From Octopus sinensis (lineage: Eukaryota), in contig NC_043003.1 in assembly GCF_006345805.1 (NCBI RefSeq), positions 12,028,001-12,092,000 of the forward strand: a stretch of 64,000 nucleotides of DNA. The letters are read 5' to 3'. Of the stretch, positions 11,996 to 24,256 are shown piece after piece. Under the pieces are notes generated by a model. The model had not been told where the DNA came from. It ran no database searches and worked only from the letters and a program-made list of their open reading frames with translations. The position numbers and the translations under genes are program-made. Positions within the stretch are counted from its first letter, which is position 1, and each line of letters begins with the position of its first letter.

Positions 11996-12444
11996 CTTTA
12001 GGGAGATCTGCCATAGTTACCCAGAATGTTTGACGACATTTCAGTGAAAATCCCTCGAGTTCACTGACGGGGAGGTCAAACAACTTCACTAATTATCCAT
12101 CGTTACTGGCTGTGACCCACTCCAACGAATATATTAACGTATATGTAGTTTCTAGAGTCGATACTGCAAAACAAAAATAAAACAATATTAGGTTTAAAGT
12201 TTCTTCAGATGTTATAAATCATCGGTTTTCAAGTCGGTCTTTCTTAATGTCAATTTATGTCGTGTTGGTTTTACATTAAAATTACACGCTGCTTTTAAAT
12301 TAAAATTATATGCGGAACTCAAAATATCAAAATCTCGAATAACTCATGGGAAGCTAAAACATTAAAGTGAAAAATTTCCCCTCACTTTCTTGAGAATATA
12401 TATATATCCCTCATATTTTCTTCGTGTCAATAATAATAATAATA

Positions 12445-12493
<49 letters not shown>

Positions 12494-12866
12494 TCTTGGA
12501 TGTATTTACCACCTCAGTGAATGTCTAGATGACCAAGTCGAATAACAGTACATGAGCCCTAACACATTAAAGAACACACGAACTCATTGCCTGTTGTTGT
12601 TTATGGCTGCATCCAGAGATTGCCAATGTTGAAATATCGTCTGGTTGTCAACAGAGCAGACGATATTTGTCTGAAACGTCAAATTCGTTCGGTTTTGTGG
12701 ACCAAAACCGATTGAGTTTGACATTATTGACAAATGTCTCTCAGGTCGAAGAGGGAAAATTATTCTTCGAAACCATTTTCGTAATATAGACCAATGTAAA
12801 TGGAAAAGGTAATCAATATATATTATAATAACGTAAGCAATAAATAAAGAATATAAGATATTGGTA

Positions 12867-12867
<1 letters not shown>

Positions 12868-12921
<54 letters not shown>

Positions 12922-13117
12922 CTGTGTGTCTGTGTTTTCCCCACCACCATCGCTTGACAACCGATGCTGGTATGCTTATGTCCCCGTAACCTAGCGGTTC
13001 GGCAAAAGAGACCGATAGAATAAGTACTAGGCTTACAAAGAATAAATCCCGGGGTCGATTTTTTCGATTAAAGGCGGTGCTCCAGCATGGCCACAGTCAA
13101 ATGACTGAAACAAGTAA
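12868..13117 (+). mobile_element. SINE-B 3' half, starting at its internal (TG)n
   Basis: CGCTTGACAACCGATGCTGG..AAAGGCGGTGCTCCAGCATGGCC..TGACTGAAACAAGTAAAA. Confidence 0.9.
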
Positions 13118-13121
13118 AATA

Positions 13122-13158
<37 letters not shown>

Positions 13159-13179
13159 CATATACATATATACACAGGA

Positions 13180-13425
13180 GCACTTTGTCGGTTACGACGA
13201 AGAGGGTCCCAGCTGAACAGTCTGCTCGTGAAATTAACGTGCAAGTGGTTGAGCACTCCACGGACACGTGTACCCTTAACTAAGTTCTCAGGGAGATTCA
13301 ACGAGACACAGAGTGTGACAAGGCTGGGCCTTTGAAATACAGGTACTACTCACTTCTACCAGCTGAGTGGACTGGAGCAACGTGAAAGTAAAGTGTCTGG
13401 CTCAATGACACAACGCGTCGCCTAT
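13180..13425 (-). mobile_element. 5'-truncated SINE with K-type 3' end and C-type central part
   Basis: 3' part matches 3506-3700; 13360-13420 matches the CCAGTCCACTCAGCTGG segment of family C. Confidence 0.75.
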
Positions 13426-14162
13426 ATATTTGTTAACGGTTATTCTTAATACTTTTCTCGCTATATTGTGTGCTCATTTCTTATTTTGCCATGTGTGATT
13501 TTGTCTTTGATCTTCTATAAAAATGAAGATATTTCCTCCGTTTGGCTTATTTCCTTTCTACAAAACGTGAAGTTACATTGCGGAATAGTTATTTTAATGA
13601 GTTGTATTTATTTATCATCCAACGGGATACATCTGCACCGCCGGATGCTCCTGAAACAGTTGTTGAGTGTCTCACCCATGAGAGACCGATGCTGCTAGAT
13701 GTGTGGAAACAATTGTAGTGATTCATAATAAATTCTCGTATATTTCATCTTCTGTCTTTCATTTGCCATATATATAAATATATATATATATATGATGATT
13801 ACGTAAATGATTACGTAAGCATTAATGTAAATATATATGGTAAGCATTAACAACGAAACCTGATTTGTGATTAATCTATATTTTGTATCTTTTCATTTGT
13901 CTTGCTCGCTTACGTTCTGGCGTTTGCTAAATTTTCTTGAGAACATTCCTTTCTTAGTGGTAAGAGCATAGCGGATCTTTTTCTAGCATAATGGATGTCC
14001 ACTTACAGGTCATCACTTTTATATGTATGTAATATAATTTTTCTGAAATTTGGATTATTAAATATGCTAGACCAATGGTTTTAAATTGATATTAATCAAA
14101 TTAATATTCAATTGTCACCCTTATTATTTTATATATATATATATAATATATATATATAATAT

Positions 14163-14197
<35 letters not shown>

Positions 14198-14198
14198 T

Positions 14199-14453
14199 GG
14201 TAAAACGGTAAGATAACAAAAGAAAGAAAGAGACCTCAATATTATGTAAATAGAGGAAATTTATCTATAAAATAATATGTTACATTACTCGATAGTCAAG
14301 ATAAAACTCTGAGTTTCAGATACCGAAGTGGGAATCCACGACATCTCTTCGGTTATCTGGCTATAACCGAAGAGATGTCGTGGATTCCCATTTCGGCATC
14401 TGAAACTCAGAGTTTTATCTTGACTATCGAGTAATATAACATATTATTTTATA
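14199..14453. mobile_element. Penelope pLTR-like element folded back into a 91-bp-arm palindrome
   Basis: Arms 14266-14356 and 14363-14453 differ at 3 positions, with a 6-nt loop; each arm carries CCGAAGA..GAAACTCAGAGTT. Confidence 0.75.
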
Positions 14454-15014
14454 TATATATATATATATAATCGATTAATAAAACAGAAGTTGGATTTGGT
14501 ATTGGTCTTTATTCCGTCCGACGATCGTTTCGACACATCCTACGACTGTCCTTTATGTGTTGGATGACGTGCATCATATTGTATTGCATCAATTTTGCTG
14601 TCTGGGTCACGTCAGGCACATGCATACATAAAGTGGTATCCCGCTAAAAATATTGAGTTCAAGCAGTCATGTTGGTATTTTCTCGCTTCGTTAAGGAATG
14701 GGGGTTTTGCTAAGATTGTTCCTCTGTTAAAAGACTTACGGTCAGGGTCACTGTGGGCGCCTAAGCCTGCGTGTGTGTGTGTAAGTGTGTATGTGTGTGT
14801 GAACATATATGTATGTACATTTTAAGATCCACAAAGATCAGAACTTTGCTGATGCTGTTGGTGGTCCAAATCAGATATGTAATCTATGTGGGAGTTTTTT
14901 TCAATATATTGTCTGGTTTAAAAAAAGCCACATCAGACGCCATGACGGATCTAAGGTTTAAGTACAAGAGGTGGGTCAGACTCTTCATAAGTAGACAACC
15001 ATCATATATATATT

Positions 15015-15016
15015 TA

Positions 15017-15047
<31 letters not shown>

Positions 15048-15060
15048 GTGTGTGTGTATA

Positions 15061-15134
<74 letters not shown>

Positions 15135-15270
15135 ATATATATACATACATATTCTTTAATGCGTATATATTATTTAAATATATATATATATATAATATAT
15201 TATATATATACATACATACATACATATTCTTTAATGCGTATATATTATTTAAATATATATATATATATAT
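15015..15270. repeat. TG/TA microsatellite containing a direct duplication of about 60 bp
   Basis: CATACATATTCTTTAATGCGTATATATTATTTAAATATA occurs twice (about 15143 and 15218). Confidence 0.9.
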
Positions 15271-15949
15271 CATTCTGTGTATCTTGCTTATACTGATTAT
15301 TCTGTAGAAAGCCTCAAAACTGCGGTATTCGTCTCGAGAAAGAACCTCATATAGATGTATAGTTCTAAAAACCACAGAAGAATATCAGTAGTAGCCAAAA
15401 AGCATCCAGCAGATCGCTAGTGATGGATAGAAATATATATTTTCTTCTTGAGCCCTAACACTCATAAAGCCGGTTACCCGGTTTCCATGGTGCCCATAAG
15501 TGGCCGCGATCTCAACATGCCCCTGAATGAAACATTGGTCCTTTGCTGGGTTCAAAACCAACAGTTCTGAGGGGAAGGGAAGTCAATTACATCAGCTCCA
15601 GTACTTGAATAGTACTTTATTTTATCGGCCCTGAAGGTATAAAAGGCAAAGTTGACCTCGCTTTTCGACTTCTGTCCGGGATAGTTCTGGGAATTCTTTG
15701 AAGATGTTTTCGTTGCGAGACAATTTGGAGTTTTAAAATGACACGGCTTATATGTCAGATTTTTATTTCAAGTTTAAAAATCATGAATTTGCTGCTGTAA
15801 AGAATTGAATAACATCGGTGATCACCAAATATGCCTTTGTTTCAATGCTTATCCCGTCCGGACACATCTGGGAAAGTGGAGAAATTTACCAGGATCTGTA
15901 TCTTTCTGCATCCGAGGAAGGCGCAAAAAATATATTACGATGAGAGCGC

Positions 15950-16043
15950 TGATGATAATCACGATGATGATGATGACGACAACGATGACGAAGACGACAA
16001 GGACGACAATGACGATAACGATGACGATGATGATGACGATGAC

Positions 16044-16090
<47 letters not shown>

Positions 16091-16150
16091 CGTCGACGGA
16101 CAATGACGATGACGACAGACGACGACTACAACGTTGATGATGATGATGTT
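15950..16150. repeat. (GAT)/(GAC)n trinucleotide array
   Basis: Visible simple repeat. Confidence 0.95.
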
Positions 16151-16154
16151 CATG

Positions 16155-16620
16155 TCTGCTATCATCATATGGTGTGAAAAAAAGAAAGTGGTAAATCTAG
16201 TCTTGCGTTAGCGCTTCCTAATGAAGACAACATGGATGCCGCTCAGGCTCAAAAGATTGACCATAATGGAAACCTCCTCGAGGAATGTAAAGACGCAGGC
16301 CGGAAAACGAAGCACTTTCCAACCGAAGTCGGATGTAGAAGATTCGTTGGACACAGTGTGAGGCGAGTGTTGTTATCGTTAGGCCTAACTCATCGTAAAG
16401 TAAATACCACCATGAGTGATATCCACACTACAGTGGAAAAGGCTAACCACTGGATTTTGTTAAAAAGAGACGATGAGCGATGGCTAGAAGAATATTGAGC
16501 AAAACCTGACAGCCAGCTGATCTAGCAAGTGGGGCCACATTTCAGTGACGGGAGCGCAATGATGACGTCGAGAAGTAGGCCCCTGAAACGGCGCGCATTC
16601 TCTCTTGATGATTCTATAAA
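16155..16620 (+). mobile_element. 3' end of an RLE-endonuclease non-LTR retrotransposon (HERO/NeSL-like)
   Basis: IIIWCEKKKVVNL..NEDNMDAAQAQK..LLEECKDAGRKTKHFPTEVGCRRFVGHSVRRVLLSLG..VEKANHWILLKR matches the PD..IELTVP(W)E..KY..L..C...GW...P.EVG.RGF restriction-like endonuclease tail. Confidence 0.8.
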
Positions 16621-17159
16621 CTTGCTAGCATCCGGTAAGCGAAACTTGCAAATGGTAGCACTTGTATCCGCAAGTTGTTCGCAAAAAATCCCAAGTATTT
16701 TTTTTCGGAACTCGTATTTAAATATATCCGGGTTATGAAGAATTCATGTTCTAAGAAAACATGAATTAAATTAGTTACAAGAAGAATTGATTGAATAATA
16801 AAAAGCCATGGAAAATTTGACGCTCAAATTCAGCAACAATTACCTTACATTCATTTTACGATCACAGCACAAAACTACAAATCATTTCCTGGATAATGGG
16901 CTGATCTGAAAGAAGTCCCCAATTGTGTTTCCATTACCATATATAGATGAAAGTGGGTTTAGCGCCGTCACAGACCATTTAATGAAAATAAGAAACCGCC
17001 TACAAACAGTCAAAAGGAGCAATTTAAGAATACTGCTTATTCATATTGAACCGGATATGCAAAAAAAGTTGTTTTATCACACCATGCCCATCCTTGACAT
17101 TAATAACTTAAGTAATTTTAGATACTTCTGTGCAAATTTATTTTGGTTTATAATATGAT

Positions 17160-17217
<58 letters not shown>

Positions 17218-17236
17218 TATATATATTATATATATG

Positions 17237-17270
<34 letters not shown>

Positions 17271-17275
<5 letters not shown>

Positions 17276-18490
17276 GTAAAGTATTTGAGGACGTACCATT
17301 TTGGGTCATTGCTGCATTTTTTGCTAACACTGTATAGTCTTTCTTTCAGAAAATAGTAATAATGGCAGACCCTCAGCTTACTCAAGAAATGAAGAAGCAT
17401 GTCGTTATTGTGGTTACAAAGGCTGAGCATAGCGATTTACAAATATCTCGATTTTTTAAAGTTGCCAGATCTTTCGTCTACAAAGTTTGTAAGGAGCTAG
17501 AGACTGAAAATCGAAACGTATCACCATTATCAAAGCATAAAAAGCATTCTAAATACTCTGAAATCATGAGAACATCTGAATTTAACCAGCAATTTCAACA
17601 GACCATTGATTACAATCCCAGAAAGTCCATGAGGTCAATTGCAAAAGATCTTCATGTGTGAGAAGGAACAGTCAGAAATGTTGTCCACGGAGACATTAGA
17701 TATAAGTCTTATATGAATCCCAAAACAGAAAAAGCAAAAGAAACTCACTACATCAGATCTAAAAGGCTCTTAAAAAAACTGAAAAATCCAGCAGAAGATT
17801 TAATTTGTTTTTTCTCAAACGAGAAAAACTTAGACCAAGATCAAAAAGTTAACCGAAGAAATGACAGATGGATATGTGCAGGCCCTTCTGAAGGTCCAAG
17901 TGTTATGCATACAACATTTCCTGCAACTGTCATGGTTTTAGGGGTCGTCAGCAATGAAGGACATGTGATGCCTCCTTACCTCTTTCCACAAGGCTTTAGA
18001 GTTAACTCTGCCGCCTACATTGAGGTCCTGGAAATAAGTGTTAAGCCCTGGATAGACAGTGTATGCAATGGAAGGCCATATGTGTTTCAGTAAGACTCTG
18101 CACTGTTACACATAGCTCTAGTAACACAGGAATGGATGGCTGAAAATTTTCGTGGTCATATAACCCCTAACATTTGGCCTCCTAATTCCCCAGATCTCAA
18201 TCCATTGGACTATTACATGTAGAACGTTGTTGAGAGAGAGGTCTTTGAAAGCTACCATAGTCAGAGTAATGTCCAAAATTAACCAGAACCACTTGATTCG
18301 AGCATGTAGATGATATAGATCTCATATAGAAGCGGTTGTTGAAACTGAAGGTGGCTTTATTGAGTAACGTTATAGAAAAGAAGGTTTATTTTTATCCTCA
18401 TAGCATTTCTTGATAAATAAAGTTATTATCTGTGATTATATATCTTTTTTTATAAACATCAATCTGTCCACAAATATCTTATGCACACTG
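17271..18490 (+). mobile_element. Tc1/mariner-superfamily DNA transposon, DD37D (maT) type, non-functional
   Basis: HTH region at 17362-17661; FFS(D>N)EK; VFQ*DSA..WPPNSPDLNPLDY with 37 residues between the 2nd and 3rd D; degenerate TIRs (GTGT-AAAG-TATTTGAGGAC and GTCCACAAATATCTTATGCACACTG-TA); three in-frame stops. Confidence 0.9.
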
Positions 18491-18895
18491 TATATATATA
18501 TAGTTATGTTATATCTTGTTAAGAACATAGCACAGTATAAAGGTCGTCCACCTTCAGATTTCACCCTGTGCTATCCAGTAGTAGTATTATACATACTTCC
18601 GGGTTAGCGTTTGGGCTTCTGTAGTGTGTGAATAAATAATTGAAGAAGGCCTTCAGCCAGAACACATCTCCTGATACACTCAGTGGGTACTGCTAACCCC
18701 AAGCCACGAAAGACGAAGAGAATGTTCTCTAAGCCGAGAATTTGAATTTATGGAGACAATATTTATCTCATAATGCAGGGTAACGGTTGCATAACCAAGT
18801 ACCTGCAAGCCTGAAGGACTACTTTACGTAGAAACAATTGGCGTGATTGAAAATATATGTCCAACCGTACTCCTTCTTGTTGACTCCAACTTTTC

Positions 18896-18934
<39 letters not shown>

Positions 18935-19085
18935 CACATACATTAAAAGAAGGTTGACAGTATTTGGAATAATGAATCCCTTTAAGGGGCGATAGCGGCA
19001 AATAAATTGTCTTTATCCAAATCCTGACTATCCCCTTTTTTCTTTTTTAGATACAAGATCTGTACATCACTTCAAACAATATATA

Positions 19086-19304
19086 GAAAGGGTGCTCAAA
19101 AGTTCCTGGCTTTGGGTAAAAGAAAACACAGGAGGATCATCAGTAAATTATGATTTTATTCAACATATTCCCCTCTCAGATTCACACATTTATTGCAGCG
19201 GTCCTTCGGCTTTTCGCATCTCTTTAAAAGAACTTGTAAATTTGGTCCTCCAGCTAAACCTTTTGCGGTACCCTTAGAGCCAGGAAATTTTCATCGCCTC
19301 CTCG
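19086..19304. mobile_element. Mariner-type MITE
   Basis: Degenerate TIRs GAAAGGGTGCTCAAAAGTTCCTGGCT and AGCCAGGAAATTTTCATCGCCTCCTCG. Confidence 0.7.
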
Positions 19305-19539
19305 TTTTCATGTGTGTGAGTATTTATGAAAATATGTATGTATGTATGTATGCATATATATGTATTTGCGTGTGTGTGTGAAACACAGTCAAAATATTTG
19401 AAAAAATATTTCTTAAATTAAAAATTAATTATATTTTCTTAAAAATCTTTGAAAAAGCAGATCTTCGTTAATCTGCTTTTTTAAAAAATACTTTCTATAT
19501 AATTAACTAATTATTAATTTCTGAAATCCTTTTTCCAAA

Positions 19540-19540
<1 letters not shown>

Positions 19541-19620
<80 letters not shown>
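19541..19620. repeat. (TG)n
   Basis: Visible simple repeat. Confidence 0.95.
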
Positions 19621-19621
<1 letters not shown>

Positions 19622-20254
19622 TTTGAAAATGTAATGTTCAATGTTTTTGACCGACTTTATTGTGTGGATCCTGAAGAAATAAATTCTCCAAGAGAGGATT
19701 ATAATCTCAAGAAGTTTAGGAAGCACGGACGAAGAGACTTCCTCGTTAGTAGCTCATGATGTCTATTCCAGAAGATTCTGGTGATCACCACTTATGGAGC
19801 GGACTAAGTTGGCCTCGTGCTCTGCTCAACCCCGTTTCAGTTCCTCTCGGTATCTCAGCAATATTGACACGGTATGCATATTGATATCGTAAACGCAGGC
19901 ATGATAGAATGGTTAACAAAATTATTTCGCAACCACGATGTCCAGGTTTCGATCCTACTGCATGACATTGCGGTATTTGTTCCGGCTCTTTGCGTTCTGA
20001 GTTCAAATCCCCTACGTAGCTTGTAGACTTAACCTGTTACCTACTTTTAGTGAAGTCCATCTTATTGCAAGCATTTGGGTCAGGTCTCTGATTTCTTCTA
20101 CCCTACTAGCATTTCTGAAGATTTGAAAGGGTCAAAGGCACTGCCTTTCCAGCCTTACCAAAAAGCTAAAAAAAAAATAAAAAGAAAGAGAAAGAAAAAT
20201 CGATTAAATTGGACCCGACCCTTTAATTGAATGATAAATTTTGATTTCTGGAAA

Positions 20255-20660
20255 GGAAATCTATGGTCATGAATATTGGGTAATGAACGAACGAGGGCAA
20301 TCGCGAAGACAAGCGGCCAAAATTGGGTTCCTTCGAAGAATCTCTAGAGTAATGTTATTCAGCAGTTTGCGGAGCTCGGAGATGAGAAGGTTTCTTAAGG
20401 TCAAGCCGCTACTTCTCTGCATGAAGGGGTCACGGCTCTGATACTACGGACATGTGATTAAAATACCACAGAAAATAATTGTCAAGCCAGTCAGTAGGAG
20501 ATGTAGTAGTTGACCAAGAACAAGATGGCTTGGTGTTATCCAAAGTTTCGGTTGGTCAGGCATGGGAATCCACTCGGAAAGTTTAATGACGGTTGCTTCA
20601 GATAGGACCCTATGCAAGAAGTGCCTGAGGACTCTCACCTCAAGACCCACCCAGGAATAG
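20255..20660 (+). mobile_element. RTE LINE (Expander/Rex3-like) 3' fragment
   Basis: YGHEYWVMNERGQSRRQAAKIGFLRRISRV..LRSSEMRRFLKVKPLLL..SRL*YYGHVIKIPQ. Confidence 0.8.
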
Positions 20661-21041
20661 TTGGCGAAAAAAAAATAATGGATGGATGCAATGGAAAGAT
20701 AACAGATAAACCTTGTTGTCCTCGGCGAGACTTGAACTCACAACATGAAGGTATGCAATTAAATAACACGATTCTTCCAATCTATCGCATGCCTTCATCG
20801 GCCGTAATCTCGGTTCTTTTATGGTAGCCTCTAATGTCCTAGAAATCCATTCCTTGATATTTTTTTACGTACAAAATCACGCAGATATTTTTCACTACAC
20901 ACACATACCAAGGATTCTTGTTTTTTTTATTATGGTGGTTTTATTGTGAATATTTTACCATTCATTTATATTGTGTGATAGTCCTTCATAGGGATTCTGA
21001 TTCAGGTAAGGGTAATACTTGTTTATGGACATTATGTTGCA

Positions 21042-21148
<107 letters not shown>

Positions 21149-21885
21149 CACACACTTTTGATTTAGAAATGTTCGGTTTGAGTTACTGTAAACATTAAAT
21201 GTTCTCCAAGCTTTTTTATTTTTGCATGATTTTTTCTATATCTGTTCCTGCACTTGTGTTCTGTTACCTAATATAACTGCATTTATAAATCATTATCAGA
21301 TATTTATTATATAAACCTGAATGTTACGCACCGATTTTACAAGATATAGCTTAAGCAAATAATAAAGGATGGTTTCGAGGCGTTTGTTGGTGAAAGCAGT
21401 GCAGGTTTCTCTATTTCTGTATTTGACCCCTGAAGAATTAATTGTTCTGCAATATTCCCCAAAAATTTTTTTCAGATTTTCTTCCTTCTTATTTAGATTT
21501 GCTCTTTTATACAAGAATGTCTTATCTCCGTTCATTTTACTTTTGGAATATCCAGGCAATAGTTACTTGCTTTTCAATGCTTCTTTTCTTAAAATAACTT
21601 GTACTCAACAAAGATTTACTTGTTTATGTTTTTTATTTTATGAGGTTGCTCTTATTGCTATTTCTGTTGTTCTTGTTGTTATTTTGTAAAAGAAATATTA
21701 TATAGCCTCGTTTTTTTTTTCTAAACTGTTTTCAATACACCTTTCTGGTAAATTTGTTGTTAATGTCGTTATTGTTGATGAATAGTTGAACTAGGGGTCA
21801 CCCTTCATAAAGCAGACATATTCATCACCGTGTTTACTGTTATACAACTGGTAAAATTCCAATCGTTCATATTATTTGTGCCAGT

Positions 21886-22970
21886 ACAAGGTCCATTCAA
21901 AAAGAAACTGAACTTCTAGACCATACGAAGCAACCAATCAACGTAGCGTGCTCGAGATTGTAGAGCTGTATATATATTTCTTTACTACCCACAAGGGGCT
22001 AAACACAGAGAGGACAAACAAGGACAGACAAACAGATTAAGTCGGTTATATCGACCCCAGTGCGTAACTGGTACTTAATTTATCGACCCCGAAAGGATGA
22101 AAGGCAAAGTCGACTTCGGCGGAATTTGAACTCAGAACGTAACGGCAGACGAAATACGGCTACGCATTTCGCCCGGCGTGCTAACGTTTCTGTCAGCTCG
22201 TCGCCTTTGTAGAGCTGTATATAGGCAACCTTCGCCTTCTGTCTAATTACCTTTTACCTTTTGTTTGTTTCGCTGATCGGACAACGGCCATGCTGGGGCA
22301 CCATCTTGAAGCGTTTAGTCGAACAAATCAATTCTAGTGCTTCTTTTTTAGAATCTCGTTTCTAATTAAGACACACGGATAGCAATTTGGCGGGCAAGGA
22401 TCAAGTTAACATCTACCCCAGTACTTAAGCCGGGAGGGTGAAAATTTAAGTTGAGCTCGGCAGGGTTCGTATTCAGAACGTAAAGAGCCGGAACAAATCC
22501 TAAAATATTTAGTCCGACACCTTAACGATCCTGCCGACCCACTACCCTGACCTTCAGTTTAATAATAGTCACATGACACCATATTAGATGATTATCCATT
22601 TTCACATGCTAAAGTGAACGTATGTTTAGTGCGCTTATAAAGAAATAGTATGTTTAGTGCGCTTGTTCAACTGCGGCATGTTAAACAATGAAGTGTTGGA
22701 AAAAGTGAGTGTTTGTATGAAATTTTGTTTCAAATCGAGAAAAGCTTTCACAGATACATTTCTAATTTTGCGATAGGCTTACGAGGGGCCAATGTGACGA
22801 GTAGTATCAGCATTTAAAATCAGGAAGGACCTCCACCGGAGATAAACCTAAATCAGGATGATACTCTTCCACGATAACGGACCACGGTCGCATTGCAAAA
22901 GAACGTCCTACGATGCGTGGAAATCGTTGCCTTGCTGTTTGGGAAGTTTATGACGAAGAAGACATCTGTA
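21886..22970 (+). mobile_element. Mariner remnant (5' end plus transposase N-terminus) interrupted by SINEs
   Basis: 22690-22970 reads [59 protein letters not shown] (mariner HTH, EQR.CIKFC..GR.S..D.PRSGRP). A TIR-like TACAAGGTCCATTCAAAAAG lies at 21886; linking the two parts is inferred. Confidence 0.65.
21975..22206 (-). mobile_element. Young SINE-A with 17-bp TSD
   Basis: TTGTAGAGCTGTATATA at 21958-21974 and 22207-22223. Confidence 0.95.
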
Positions 22971-22971
22971 A

Positions 22972-22974
<3 letters not shown>

Positions 22975-23009
<35 letters not shown>

Positions 23010-23023
23010 GTATATGTATATTA

Positions 23024-23054
<31 letters not shown>

Positions 23055-23112
23055 GTATATATATATATATTATATATATATATATGTATGTATATATATA
23101 TGTATGTATATA

Positions 23113-23159
<47 letters not shown>

Positions 23160-23185
23160 TATATATATAATATATATATATTATA
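22975..23185. repeat. TG/TA microsatellite
   Basis: Visible simple repeat. Confidence 0.95.
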
Positions 23186-23189
23186 TAGT

Positions 23190-23306
23190 GAATCCAAACA
23201 AAGAAGAACAAACAAGAAAAAACAATAACGCGCGGACGTGGTACAAGTACTGTATTATCAGACGCTCAGGAAAGGACGGAAAGAGGGATTAACGTTTCGA
23301 GCTACG
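23190..23306 (-). mobile_element. Truncated pLTR-like repeat related to 60120-60230
   Basis: Minus strand CGTAGCTCGAAACGTT..TTTCCTGAGCGTC..TAATAC vs CGTAGGCTCGAAACGTA..TTTCCCGAGTGTC..TAATAC. Confidence 0.6.
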
Positions 23307-23569
23307 CATGTGTGTGTGTGTGTATTCTTTCACATGCTTCAGCCCTGAGGCTGTGACCTTGTCTCTCTACTTCTCGAGAACAGGTGTTTGTTTGTTTGCG
23401 TTTCCATATCTTAGCGGCTCGACATTAGAGAGCCCAATGAAATAAACAGAAGATTTATTACTGGTGTCTATTTTTCCGATCAAGACGATGCCCCAGAATG
23501 GTCGCAGTACAATGACTGAAACAAGTAAGAGACAAACTATAAACGATGCTTTATTCGCAGCAATTATTT

Positions 23570-23900
23570 CCCAACTTTCCCTAAGAATATTCCTCAGAAT
23601 AGATTTTAGTATATCCTTTCTATCTTAATATTGATTTGCCAGGAGGTCTTTTCCCAGAACGTAGTTCTCCATAGAACAGACGCTCTGGAATCCTTTCATC
23701 TTCCATACGAACTATATTTCCTGCTTACATCAGAATGCTACGTCGCAAGAGAATTTCTATGCTTAAAACATTAGCTAATCTCAAGACTTCAGTCTCATTC
23801 ACATTAGTCTCTCCAATTTGTCGATTTGACTTTTGATAAGAAGACTCCTACTGCTTAACATGTTTTGAATATATAAAACCTCTGTATATATATCCGATTC
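23570..23900 (-). mobile_element. RTE LINE 3' fragment
   Basis: Minus translation ..EVLRLANVLSIEILLRRSILM*AGNIVRMEDERIPERLFYGELRSGKRPPGK. Confidence 0.8.
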
Positions 23901-23954
23901 ATGCAAGATAACAAGCGCAAAATACTCATTGAAAATAGATAGTTCGATGTTTAA

Positions 23955-24213
23955 TCTTTTATCTTTTATTTGCTTCAGTCATTGGACTGCGGTCATGCTG
24001 AAGCACCGCCTTGCAGGGCTTTGTCGAACAGATCGACCCCAGTTTTTTTTTTTAATTTGAAGCTAATTCTAAAGTGGTGGTGGTGGTGGTGGCGGTGGCG
24101 GCGGCGGCGGTGGCGGCGCGGCGGTGGCGGCGGCGGCGCGGCGGTGGCGGCGGGCGGCGTGGCGGCGGCGCGGCGGCGGTGGCGGCGGCGGCGGCGGTGG
24201 CGGCGGCGGCGGC

Positions 24214-24256
<43 letters not shown>

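Noticed and set aside
12655-12690. CAGACGA..GAAACGTC hammerhead-like string
   Set aside because: Core U4 is absent, helices I and II do not pair, and the second family copy (9715-9860) lacks GAAAC
15805-16168. Poly-Asp and poly-Met ORFs
   Set aside because: (GAT)n microsatellite
21170-21880. AT-rich stretch with minus-strand K/N-rich ORF fragments as a decayed transposon
   Set aside because: No diagnostic motif found
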